Shown: piece by piece, positions 22,701 to 33,950 of the stretch
Position numbering within the stretch: position 1 is the stretch's first letter
Layout: each line of letters opens with the position of its first letter
NCBI GenBank assembly: GCA_043228905.1
Contig: JBHGNT010000008.1
Span: 7,502,001-7,566,000 of the forward strand
Direction of reading: 5' to 3'
DNA: 64,000 bases
From: Azolla caroliniana
Taxonomy: Eukaryota; Plantae; Polypodiophyta
Made by a program: the position numbers and the translations under genes
The notes under the pieces: model-generated
Told to the model about the DNA's origin: nothing
Databases searched by the model: none
Seen by the model: only the letters and a program-made list of their open reading frames with translations

Positions 22701-25700
22701 GGCCGCTCTTCACCCGTTATCTGGCCATTCCGGCCCTCTTCAGCCATTATCTGGCCATTCTGACCGCTCTCCGGCCACTCCAACCTTTGTCTGGCTATTC
22801 CGACTAGTTCAGTTGCTTTTCGGCCGCTGTCGTTACTCTTTATTCGTCTTTGTCTCTTCACAGATCCATCGTTGTCGACCTTGTCTGACTGTCTTCATTC
22901 ATCCTAGCCGTCGTCCCCGGTCATCTCCATTGTTCAGCACGAATGGCCATGTCTTTCTGGCTGTCCGGTTGTCGTCCCGATCGTTTTCGGTCCGGCCATC
23001 GTTGTTGTCGATTTCTTCGTCATTCCGGTTGTCGCTATGATTGTTTCTTTTTTCGTTATCATGGCCATTTCCAACACATTGTGGTTACCATTTCTTGCAC
23101 ATTACCGATTTGATTTGCCACACATTACCGATTCAATTTCTCGCACATCATCGACATCATTATCGCACATTTCGTCGTATTTGTCTCTACCACGTATTAG
23201 TCTTCTTCGACTTCGTCTCGAAAGGGGGGTCGCCTTAGTAGTCGCCAAATAGTGTTATTGGTTTTAGGGTTAGGGTTAATGATGATAATGAGAAAGATAG
23301 GAATAGGGTTAACAATCATGGTAGATTGATAATGTATGTGTGATGATGATGGTGAGAGATCATGAAGAACAAGACAAGCATTGAGGGGTGGGGGGTGGTG
23401 CCTAGAATGGCTCCACCCCCCTCCCAAGGGAGTTCAACGTAAGGGGAGAGAGAGAGAGAGAGAGAGAAATGGTTATTGTCTTCATTCATTCCCGATAAGG
23501 GGTTAAATAGGTACAAAGGGGTAGATCCACAAGGGTGCAAGCCCCTTGGGCATTCACACCTAGTCACTCACTCACACCTCTTTGTCTCCATCACACTCAC
23601 ACTTACATTCACACTCATAATAGTATAAGATTACACATAAATTACATCGTTCACCCTCGCTTATTAGTCACCCATACATCTCGTACAGTAACACGCATTT
23701 TGCACCAAATATGGGCACTTTGAGTATATGGTCATGCCGTTCGGCCTCACTAATGCGCCAGCAATCTTCCAGCACATGGCAAATGATATATTCCGAGATC
23801 TCTTGGATATTTGTTTGATCATCTATTTGGATGATCTACTAGTTTATTCGAAGACCCAAGAAGAGCATGCTTCTCATGTACTATTAGTACTAAAAGGACT
23901 TCGAGAACATGGTCTTTATGCAAAGCTGGAAAAATGTAGTTTCGAGTGCAACCAAGTGGAATTTCTGGGCTATGTCATCTCCTCGGAAGGCATCTCCATG
24001 GATCCAGCTAAGGTCAAAACAGTGGTAGAGTGGCAAACTCCACGTTCATTGCGAGATGTGCAATGCTTTTTAGGCTTTGCCAATTTCTACCTCAAGTTTA
24101 TACAAGATTACTCAAAGCTTGTTCTGCCTCTCACACAACTTACTAAGAAGGGACAATCGTTCATTTGGTCTGAAGAAGCGGACATGGCTTTTGAGAATCT
24201 TAAGAAGGCATTTACATCGGCTCCTATTCTAGCTCACATTGATCCGGAAAAACCATTCATCATGGAAGCGGACGCGTCGGATTTCGCATTGGGTAGCATT
24301 CTGTCACAACAAGGTAATGATGAAAAGCTACATCACAGTCGCAACAACCAGGTACGGACTATCGACAATTCGAATGTCATGATGGATTACTATTCTTTAA
24401 GAAACTCTCGTATGTTCCTAATGGTTCTTGCTGCCTTCGAGTAGTCCAAAACTGTCATGACACATATATAGCTGGGCATTTTGGTAGTACTAAGACATTA
24501 GATTTAGTACAACGATCATTCCGGTGGCCCTCTATGCGACAATTTGTTGAAGATTTTGTTCAGACTTGTGATACATGTTGCAGAGCAAAAATGCCAAGGC
24601 ATCATCCAAATGGTTTTATAGAACCATTACCAATTCCAAGCAAGCCGTGGCAATCTATTGCTCTAGATTTCATCATAGATCTTCCAGTCTCTAAGGGATT
24701 CAATGTGATTTTAACAGTAGTAGATCAATATACGAAGATGGCTCATTTCCTGCCATCTACTAAGGAAATCTCTGGTGAAGAAACCGTCGAAATTGTTATG
24801 TGTGAAGTATGTCGGCATCATGGCCTTCCTGATAATATCATCAGCGACCGTGGACCCCAGTCCGTCTCGAAATTCGGGAAGCACCTTTTTAAAATGCTCA
24901 AGGTCACTTGTAACCTCTCCTCTGACTACCACCCGCAAACCGACAGCCAAGCAAAACGAACAAATCAAACGTTGGAGCAGTATCTTCGGTGCTTTGTAAG
25001 CTATCATTAGGATGACTGGGCAGATATTCTCCACTTCGCCGAATTTTCCTATAATAACTCTGTCCACTCATCCACTAAAGTTACGCCATTTTATGATTAT
25101 ACGGCCCCAGTGGTGTGTATTTGAAACCCCAGAGTTACCCACAAATCCTTGTGCAGAGGATCGTTTGGAGTGGTTACGCAAGTTACAAGCAGATTTATCT
25201 ACTCATCTACATCAAGCTCAACAAACACACAAGGTTTACGCGGATCGTCATCAGCTTCCATCCAGTTTTAACATTGGAGATCAGGTATGGCTACTACGAC
25301 AACACATCAAGACTACCCGCCCATGCGAGAAGTTGGATTATTAGCGATTAGGTCATTTCTGTATTTTCGTCTCAATCTACCCCCACAACTTTGCATACAT
25401 CCGGTGTTTCATAGTTCTCTCCTCGAACCCTATCAAGACAGCACCATCCCAGGACATATTCCACAACCTCCACCCCCGATCGAACTTGAAGATGGACCTG
25501 AGTATGAGGTTGTCGCCATCCTCGATTCCAAGTTTGTTCGCAACAAGCTCTACTATTTAATCGATTGGCTAGGATATAGTCTCAGCGAGCGTACTTGGGA
25601 ACCAATAGAGAATGTGACCAATGCTCGTGCTCTTCTTGAAGACTTCCATCGTCAATATCCAGATAAACCGGGTCCTCAATCCAAAACGACCCGTGACACT

Positions 25701-25730
25701 TGTCATTTTAAAGTGGGGATAGTGTCATGA
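19780..25730 (+). pseudogene. pol of element C (PR-RT | RT-partial RH, INT, chromodomain), interrupted by D
   Basis: ALLDSIANSCFM; RLVVDYSGLN; IYLDDLLVYS; about 0.5 kb RH deletion near 24333 relative to E; chromodomain near 25500-25660. Confidence 0.9.
20783..23693 (-). mobile_element. Young non-autonomous LTR element D (non-coding interior)
   Basis: 441-bp LTRs at 20783-21223 and 23253-23693 differ at 3 positions by eye. TSD CGCGT/CGCAT inside the C RT gene (EWKTA|F..KYGHFEY). Interior is degenerate short repeats. Confidence 0.93.
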
Positions 25731-26078
25731 TATGGCAAGACTCAAACCCATGACTTTATGTTACATGGGATAGCTATTGACCATTACACTATCTATTTCT
25801 CTCAATTCCAAGATTGTTCGCAACAAGCTCTACTATTTAGTCGATTGGCTAGGATATAGTCTCAGCGAGCGTACTTGGGAACCAATAGAGATTGTGACCA
25901 ATGCTCGTGCTCTTCTTGAAGACGTCCATCATCAATATCTAGATAAACCGGGTCCTCAATCCAAAACGACCCGTGACACTCGTCATTTTAAAGTGGGGAT
26001 AGTGTCATGATATGGCAAGACTCAAACCCATGACCTTATGTTACATGGGTCAAGCTCTTGACCATTACACTATCTATT
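25521..26078 (+). repeat. 280-bp tandem duplication covering chromodomain, PPT and LTR start of C
   Basis: TGTCATGATATGG occurs at both 25723 and 26003; chromodomain coding sequence is repeated. Confidence 0.9.
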
Positions 26079-26298
26079 ATAATGCATAAAATATTATTTT
26101 TATTTATGTTTTACTATAGAAAATTAATGTATATTCCATATTTCTCTAGAACATTCTAGAAGTTTCAGGACTACTCCTGAGAACACTATAAAAGGAGGCA
26201 CAAGGCATTATTTCGAACCAAATCAGTTCAATGCAAGTCTTAAGCCTTCTAGCCTTCCTTGTATATTCTTCTCACATAATATATCGATGTCATCATCA

Positions 26299-26344
<46 letters not shown>

Positions 26345-26346
<2 letters not shown>

Positions 26347-28522
26347 CCGGAAAACGTGTTGAGAGTTATGGTGACTTAACTCTTCACGACTTGTCTATGC
26401 ATTGTAAGAATTTATATGAGTTATCTCTTGCCAGAAAGATGATATGTTATGGTTCTCTTTCCCATATGCCTCCCTTCTTTACAATTGAAGATATATGCAT
26501 AGGACTTAAGAAATTGGCCTCTCGAAAGGCAAGCGATCTTCAATGTATAAAGGCTGAAATGCTCAAATGGACGAGAAAGGAAGCACATATATGGATAAGC
26601 GATATGTTTAATGATGCATTGCAACATGGTATGTTGTACGATTGGACTACAAATTGGATCAAACCTTTACATAAAGGTGGAGATATAAATAATGTAAACA
26701 ACTATCAAACCATCATGGTTGGCTCATTAATGGCAAAACTATTTGGATGTATAATGGAATCAAAGATAAGTGTATGGGCTGAAAAAAGTGGTAAGAGAGC
26801 TTATGGACAAGCTGGCTTTCAGAAACACCATAGCACCATTGATCACCTTATCACCCTTCGAGTATTAATGGAGGAAAGTCGCCTTAAAGGTAAAGGTTTA
26901 TATTGTTGCTTTGTAGACTTCAAGAAAGCTTTTGATATGGTACCTCGTGAGCATCTTTGGAGGCGAATGGAAGAACTTGAGGTGCCAAGTGAATATATGC
27001 TTGCAATTTCCCGAATTTATGAGAAGGTTATATGTTGTGTGCGCATGAGAGATAAACTTTCAGATTTTTTCAAAAGCACTATTGGTGTTAAGCAAGGATG
27101 CCCACTCTCACCAACATTATTTGGTCTATGCATTGATCAATTGGAAGAAATGGTTACCAAGTTTGCAAAGGAAGAATGTGTTGAAGAAGTTGCCATTAGG
27201 AATGTTGTGATTATGCTTTTGCTATATGCAGATGATGTAGTGCTTTTTGCAAATACTTTAGGAGATGCACAAAAGCTTATGAAGGCATTGGAAAAAATTT
27301 GCATGCATACTAAATTAAGTGTCAATAGCTCTAAAACAAAGATTATGCTTGTGAAGAGCCAAAAAAGAGATAAACTATGCATTATGTACAACAATGAGCC
27401 ACTTGAATGTATGGAAAGCTTCAAATATCTTGGCCTTGAAGTTCCTTCAAATCATAGATGGAATGAATGTGCTACACGTCGCTTAGAGGCGGGCAAGCGA
27501 GCATATTATGCATTTGAGAACACATGCAATCTTGGAGATATTAAGTGTTGGGTCCTCAAGAAATATCTTTTCGACACTTTGGTGACACCGGTTCTTCTCT
27601 ATGGGGTGGAAGTATGGGGCGGTAGCATCCCTAAATCTATATGGAAAGAGTTTGAAAATGTCCAAAAGCATTTTCTTACCAAGTTTCTACAAGTTAAGAA
27701 ACAAACGCCCTACACCCTCCTCCTCCTTGAGACGGGATCGCTTCCCATTGAGATCATGGGCATGGAAAGGGTTGTTGAATACATGCTTAAGGTTCAAAAA
27801 AGTCCCTCACATCGACTTCCTAGAATTGTGTGGGAAGCAAGCAAAAAGATCCAAAAGACGCATAAAAGCAAAATTTTGTGTTCCGGTTGGATGCAAGATA
27901 TAGAAAAATGGTTTGGTAGATGGGATGCGAGACACTTGCTTCATGATGCATCATTAGATTCCTCTGTAAATGAGGCATTTTTGCAACGCCAATGTATCAT
28001 GACATGGGACAAATGTGGAGGCTCACGCTTCACACATTATACTACACATGTTGCACCTAACTACAAAACCATATTCTTTGCGGAACGGGGAAATCGTACA
28101 CATCCATACATGTTAGAGCCCATACCGTTATCTGCCATTCGAACCATTGCTTCCATGCGACTTAGCTCACATGCATTGCGATGTGAAACAGGGCGTTGGG
28201 GTACAAGTGATGAGAGTGGTCGGCTATGCACACTTTGCCCTAAACAAGTTTGCAAGTCTGAGTATCACACTTTGATACAATGCTCTGCCTTTGATCATAT
28301 TCGACCATGCTTTCCACATCTCTTCGATCGAGCCCATACTTTGCATGAATTCCTCTCACAACCACAATGTGCACTCTCGATTGCAACATTCATTGGTAAA
28401 GTTCTTGAACATCGAGAATCACTACTCACTTTCACACGTATCACGTGAAATGTAATATTTTTGGTCTCATAGGTCATATTTGACCTCCGAAGACGATAAT
28501 ATAATCTATCTATCTATCTATC
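26345..28522 (+). mobile_element. 5'-truncated RTEX-like non-LTR retrotransposon inserted in the (CT)n tract of the C 3' LTR
   Basis: RT motifs; C-terminal RLSSH..ETGRW..CTLC..EYH..C domain; (ATCT)n tail; LTR sequence resumes after the tail. Confidence 0.85.
26391..28448 (+). CDS. LINE ORF2 reverse transcriptase plus C-terminal CCHC-like domain (N-terminally truncated)
   Basis: QAGF, FVDFKKAFD, GVKQGCPLSP, LLYADD, FKYLG; 685 aa without a stop; frame is open back to the 5' junction. Confidence 0.9.
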   Translation: MSMHCKNLYELSLARKMICYGSLSHMPPFFTIEDICIGLKKLASRKASDLQCIKAEMLKWTRKEAHIWISDMFNDALQHGMLYDWTTNWIKPLHKGGDINNVNNYQTIMVGSLMAKLFGCIMESKISVWAEKSGKRAYGQAGFQKHHSTIDHLITLRVLMEESRLKGKGLYCCFVDFKKAFDMVPREHLWRRMEELEVPSEYMLAISRIYEKVICCVRMRDKLSDFFKSTIGVKQGCPLSPTLFGLCIDQLEEMVTKFAKEECVEEVAIRNVVIMLLLYADDVVLFANTLGDAQKLMKALEKICMHTKLSVNSSKTKIMLVKSQKRDKLCIMYNNEPLECMESFKYLGLEVPSNHRWNECATRRLEAGKRAYYAFENTCNLGDIKCWVLKKYLFDTLVTPVLLYGVEVWGGSIPKSIWKEFENVQKHFLTKFLQVKKQTPYTLLLLETGSLPIEIMGMERVVEYMLKVQKSPSHRLPRIVWEASKKIQKTHKSKILCSGWMQDIEKWFGRWDARHLLHDASLDSSVNEAFLQRQCIMTWDKCGGSRFTHYTTHVAPNYKTIFFAERGNRTHPYMLEPIPLSAIRTIASMRLSSHALRCETGRWGTSDESGRLCTLCPKQVCKSEYHTLIQCSAFDHIRPCFPHLFDRAHTLHEFLSQPQCALSIATFIGKVLEHRESLLTFTRIT

Positions 28523-29462
28523 TCTCCTTCTCTCAAGTGTTCTACACCTTCTATTCCTCTTAGTACTAATATTCCTCTCTTAGTACTAATTTCTTCTCTG
28601 TCTCAGTACTATTCCTGACAATAACTATGGTAACACTATGGTGCTTTAATAACCATGGGGGAAAACATAGCTAAGATGTCTTTCTCGGATCTCTATCTTG
28701 AATAATCATGGTGGCTCCCCGAGGCTCAACCATGGTTCTAGCATCAACTTAATTTCCTAGTTAGCCTTATAATAAAATGCCAACCCAACATGTATTGATA
28801 TGGTTGAGAACGTGTATTACTTGCAAAAACAAGTGCACTCGCACATAATATTCTAGTCTTGTGAGTAACAAGCAAATGTTATGAAAAAAAAGATAAAAAT
28901 AAGTCATTACCTATAAGAGTCAAGAAGTGACAAAAACAAGGTTCAAAAACCCATGTGTTACCTACTAAATAAAAATGCCACAAATAAATGGACGGTGCGA
29001 GGTATGCACATATTCATCCCAATATGGTGATTGTAATTTGCACAATTGTGACATAAGCCACAAATTGATACAAACGGTGGTGGTGTTATATGCAAAGATG
29101 TGTACTCAAATCTATGAGTAAAACATCAATAGGGGAACTCGTGTGTTTTTAATCGAGATCTAAAGCTCAATTACATGAGTTAAACCTAGAGGACACTTTG
29201 GAAAAATATTTAAAAAGTTGCATAATACCCACTCAAAAATAGTCTACACAACATCGTTACCCAATAGGGAAACACATGTAAATAGTGTAAATGAACATAA
29301 AAATTAAGGGTAAAAAAGCAGTGAAGTGTGGGTGGGTAGATGACAATCATAAGAAAATCTTAAGAAAGGGAAAAGACAAATTGGGTAATTAAAAAATACT
29401 TAGGATAATAATCAAATAGGTGTATGAAACATTAAGCATGCCTTAAGGTAAGAAACCCTTGG

Positions 29463-29776
29463 GTAGTCGACATGCACCTCCTCAAGACCACAACATCCCA
29501 TAGAATCGGCCAAGTGATGGCTCAAGAGAGAGTATAGTGTTGTAGGTAGGCGACATACACCTCATCAAGACCACAACATCCCATAGAATTGGCCAAGTGA
29601 TGGCTCAATAGAGAGTAGAGTGGCATAGGTAGGCGACATACACCTCTTCGTCAAGACCACAACGTCCCATACAATCAGCCAAGTGATGGCTCAATAGAGA
29701 GTAAAGTGGCATAGGTAGGCGACATACAATTCACCAAGACCACCACATCCCATAGAATGGCCAAACGATGGTTGAA
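29463..29776. repeat. Tandem array, about 3.7 copies of an ~83-bp unit
   Basis: Repeated GTAGGCGACATACACCTC..CAAGACCACAACATCCCATAGAAT.GGCCAAGTGATGGCTCAA. Confidence 0.85.
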
Positions 29777-30340
29777 TGTTATAAGTTTTAGGGTTAGGGT
29801 TAATGATAATAAGGAGTGGTAATGGTGCGTGAGGATTAACATTGTGATTATGACATTGACAGTGATGAAGATGGAAATGGTGATGATGTTGAGAAGCATT
29901 ATGGGGTGGGGGTGGGGGTGGTGCCTAGAATGGCTCCACCCCCCTCCCAAGGGGGTTCAACGTAAAGGGGGGGGGAGAGAGAGAGAGAGAGAGAGAACGT
30001 CAAGAGAGAGAGATTGAGGGAGAAAGATAATTCCTTATTCATTCATTCATTCCCCAAGAGGGGTTAAATAGTTACAATGAGATTAGATACATAGGGGTGC
30101 AAACCCCCTTAGCCATTCACACTAGCCACTCACTCACACCTCTTCTTATCTCTCTGCATGCACACACACATGTGCATGTGTTCACATACGCAACTACTCA
30201 CACTCACAATTATACTTGTACACCTTTACAAATACACATCAACCCTTTACTCTTTCACCCGCGTTACACTCAACTCTACATCTTGTACAGTAGCACATTA
30301 TGGCACGCCAGTGGGACAATGCCTTACACGTCGATTCCAC
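29777..30340 (-). mobile_element. Diverged D-family LTR (29777-30295) with adjacent antisense PBS-like motif
   Basis: Same LTR motifs as D; TGGCACGCCAGTGGGAC at 30301. Confidence 0.85.
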
Positions 30341-32299
30341 ATGCCTTGATCATTTCTAATCGACTGGAAACTTCATCGGCCATGGCATGCAATTAAGAAT
30401 CTGATACGTATTAAGTGGTCCGGAAGGCAATCCGGTAGTAGACGGAGTGTTACGTATAACTTGTCGGATTAGTACTGGATAATCATCCATATCCCAACTA
30501 TATTTTTTTAAAGACCCGAAGGATGAAACCAATGTTAAGAATGGCATACACAACATTATATGGAAAAGGACCATTAGGTGAGCATGTGCGATTAATGCAA
30601 ACACACTCGACTTGATGCACAAGATTAATAATTATCGTAAGAGATGGTTCAATAGAGGGGAGAGTGGGATATACAACGTAATATGCAAAAGGTCCATGAG
30701 TTGAGCATGTGCGATTAGTGCAAACTCGCTCAACCCGATGCACAATTATAATAATTAAAATCGATCATGGTAGAAAGACGAAAGAAAAGAAAAGAAAATA
30801 TTCATAGACCGAGAAGAACGCATCATGGAAAAGAAGAGAGATCAAGAAAGAAGAATACTGTGAAACTGTTTTTAGAATTCAAGCCATTGGACACTAAAAG
30901 AATATAAGGTATGGAGGATTCACATTTGGAGGACAAGGACATGAACTAACATCTCGTGGATAAGTCCAAATAAAAGCAATAAAGATGGAGAAAAGTTAAA
31001 AAGAGAAAAAGCAGACCACCAAAACGCAGTCAGAAACAAATGCTCATAACTCTCTCGTTTGACACCCAAATATCACGTGTAAATATGGGTTAGAAAGCTT
31101 ATGACGAGAGCTATCCGTAGCTTTTTAAAACTCTAAATTTGGAGCATGGATGAGGGAGATATGACGATTAGAAGATCGTTGTGTCATAGCTAAGAATAGG
31201 AGATGGAAAAGCTCTAAAAAAAGCGTGGAAAAGAAAGCAAGCGAAACTTATCTACTAGAGGAGAACTTCATATAAAGCAAGAAGAGTGAGGTGGTGAGGA
31301 GGAGCTTTTTTCTTGTGGTGTTTTTCTTGCCTATTCATGTAGTGCGTTTTTCTAGTGATCAATTCATCCTTGTAGGCTTGAGTTTATGTATCTTCTTTCT
31401 CTTGTTTCTATGATCATCACTCCTTATTAATATATCTTTGTAGATTTGGGTTTCTATATCTTCCTTCTCTCTCTTTTCTATCATCATATCTCTTTTCAAA
31501 TACCAAGTTTAGAAGGTTGTTTTGATCCTAAGAAGAGCATGATGAGCCTTGTTCGATCTCCATCTCTCACAAGCGAAAAACATCGAACCAACAAAAAAAA
31601 AAATTGTTAGTAAATGCTCAGATACCACTGTTAAGAGTCTATTACTAATCAATGGACCAAAATAAAGTAAAAAGAAGGAAAATAGATTGGATCAAAGAAC
31701 CCATTACACCCCTGAGCTATGATCAAGACATAGCCAAACTACCACCAACGTCCCATACCACCGGATATTAGGATGACTAATACCTTGGAAGAGATAACAC
31801 GACCGTCAAGATGAAATCCTAACCCGCACCATCGGTGTCTAAGACAAGACTTTTGACGTAATGTCCTTATGAGGGTAGCTAAGCCTCATATTTATACCTC
31901 TCCCTAGGCCCCTTGAAAAGGTGTGCCTTTCCAAAAGACTCTCCATTCATGGGTTGTCCAAATCATGATAGGTGCATCCACCTATCATTCCTTCTATCCA
32001 ATCACATTAGTCCCTTTTTAACATTAGTGAACATACCCTTCACTTATGTAAATATTAATGACCTACCCTCACTTACATTATGTGTACATAACAGGGAATT
32101 ACATTAGGTATTGCCCCCACGAGATCCATTCATCAAGGATGCCCACTTAACTCATTGTTGTTACCACTATTACTCATCCATTGTAATGCTTAATGGGGCG
32201 ACTAGTAGCACGAGCTTTGGCAGATGATTCTTTCATGTTCTTATGAGCCTCATGTGAGAATCTTGAGAAGGGGATGCTTGTATGAAACCAATTTGCATT

Positions 32300-33950
32300 C
32301 GCTTTTAGATTACATATTAATTGGAGGAAGTCTAGTTCATATCATGTATTGAAAGGGATTTGGAATGTCTAGGATGGCAAGGATCCGTGGTTAGGGAAGG
32401 CTCTATTTTTCGACATTTGGGGTATTTGTTGGGAATGAATGTCACAAATGGTCAATTGATTGAATGAACATCTAGTAAGTTAAGGGATAAGTTCATGTAT
32501 TGGAAATCACAATCTTGGGCATCTCACGTATGCTTGAAGGTTGTATAATGTATTATGCAACCCATTATATTACATTACTTTCCATTATTTCCATGGATAA
32601 AGAAGTTTTTGCATTCTGTTTTGCAACGTCTTTTATATTTGTTGTGGAGAAAGAGGGATAAGTTGGGAATCACATGCCAAGTTGCGTGGAATCATCTAGC
32701 AACCCCTAAGCACTTAGGGGGAGCTAGAATATTGGACTTTTTTATGCATATGTTGGCTCGTAAATTTTCATTATTGCAAGACATGTGTTCAGACTCACAA
32801 TCATGGATATCTATTGTTCAATATTCATTTAGAATGATGGTATAACACATGGGATGACAACAATTAAGGCTTCATGGTGGCAATTACTGAATGGATGTAT
32901 TCCACATAGGATTCCTTGCTCTTCATGCGTTCAACACTTGGTTGTCTCATCACGAGAAGCACTCTCATTATTTCTATGGAAAACCATCATCTAGTAGTGA
33001 GCATTGTAATTCTTTGCAAAAAAAGTTACTTCTGTTTTCTCGGTTATTATGTTGGCTTGGAAAGGACATATTGCACTCCCACTTTATTCGCTTGTTTCGT
33101 TTGGAGGTCAAAGAGATGGGAGACATAGTTGAAGCTCGATCTCAAAGAATTTTAGAGTTTGTTGAAGCTCGACAATTATTACGCATCTCACCCAATTATG
33201 GGTTTATCGAACAACTACTACAAAATATTGCATTGATGTAAGGTCCTTTATCTATACAAACAGAAGAGCAATCATAAGTTTATTGGTGTTTATGGGGTCC
33301 GATGTCGTTTTTACATGTATCTACTAATCTCTTGTACCATTGCTCCGTTGCTTCGATGGCTATCATCTAATACTAAACGAGAATGGAAAGTACATAATTC
33401 TGGATAGTGAAAGATCTTAAAACGTAGTTGGCATTCTAAATTGCTACTTGTAATGAAGTTCTTCATTTGGAGAGTTTTGATTGGGGGTTTTCCTTTGGGA
33501 CTAACTCTAAAGCAACGTGGACTAGCATAGCAATAGGCCAATTTTGTTTTGCATTGTTCAAGTGGAAGATAGTACTCATCATTTTATACATTGTTCGATT
33601 GCTTGTCAAATTTGGAGTTACATTTCTCAAATTTGGGAAGTTTTGTCACAATATTATTTGATGCCAAGATAGTGGGTGTTTGCACAATCCACACATGTCG
33701 ACCCAAAAGCAAACATGGAGATCGTTTTCCTATTTCTTTGGTATTGGGGATTACATCATAATTGGGATATGCATAATGCTTTTGTATTTGATGGTAGGTA
33801 TGGAGTCAAAGCATATCTACAACAAGTTGAAGGGAGTACTAATGTGGCAATTTTCTTTATTGGAACAAGTAAAAATTATTTCCTTTCAAGAGTGTTCGCT
33901 TGCCTCTTGGCAATTCAGCATGTTCCACTACTTGTATAGTGAGTGGGTGA
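32300..33950 (+). pseudogene. Highly degraded L1-type LINE ORF2 3' region
   Basis: WNHLATPKHLGGARILD and FIWRVLIGGFP fragments typical of the plant L1 zf-RVT region. Confidence 0.6.

Larger units (their letters stand above)
7248..28620 (+). mobile_element. Tcn1-like chromovirus (Ty3/gypsy) element C with four nested insertions
   Basis: 5' LTR 7248-7554 + 17949-17974 (split by B). 3' LTR 26003-26344 + ~28523-28620 (split by LINE). TSD ATAAC at 7243-7247 and 28621-28625. gag-PR-RT-(RH deleted)-INT-chromodomain (YEVVAILDS..YLIDWLGY..TWEP). PPT AAAGTGGGGATAG. Confidence 0.95.

Noticed and set aside
21565-23252. Many overlapping plus-strand ORFs inside element D
   Set aside because: They arise from stop-poor pyrimidine-rich repeats and show no protein motifs.
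28725-28750. Possible PBS for the 6.5-7.2 kb gag element
   Set aside because: Too degenerate, and no LTR boundary could be defined next to it.
29463-29776. CRISPR-like array
   Set aside because: The whole unit repeats with no unique spacers, the context is eukaryotic and there are no cas genes.
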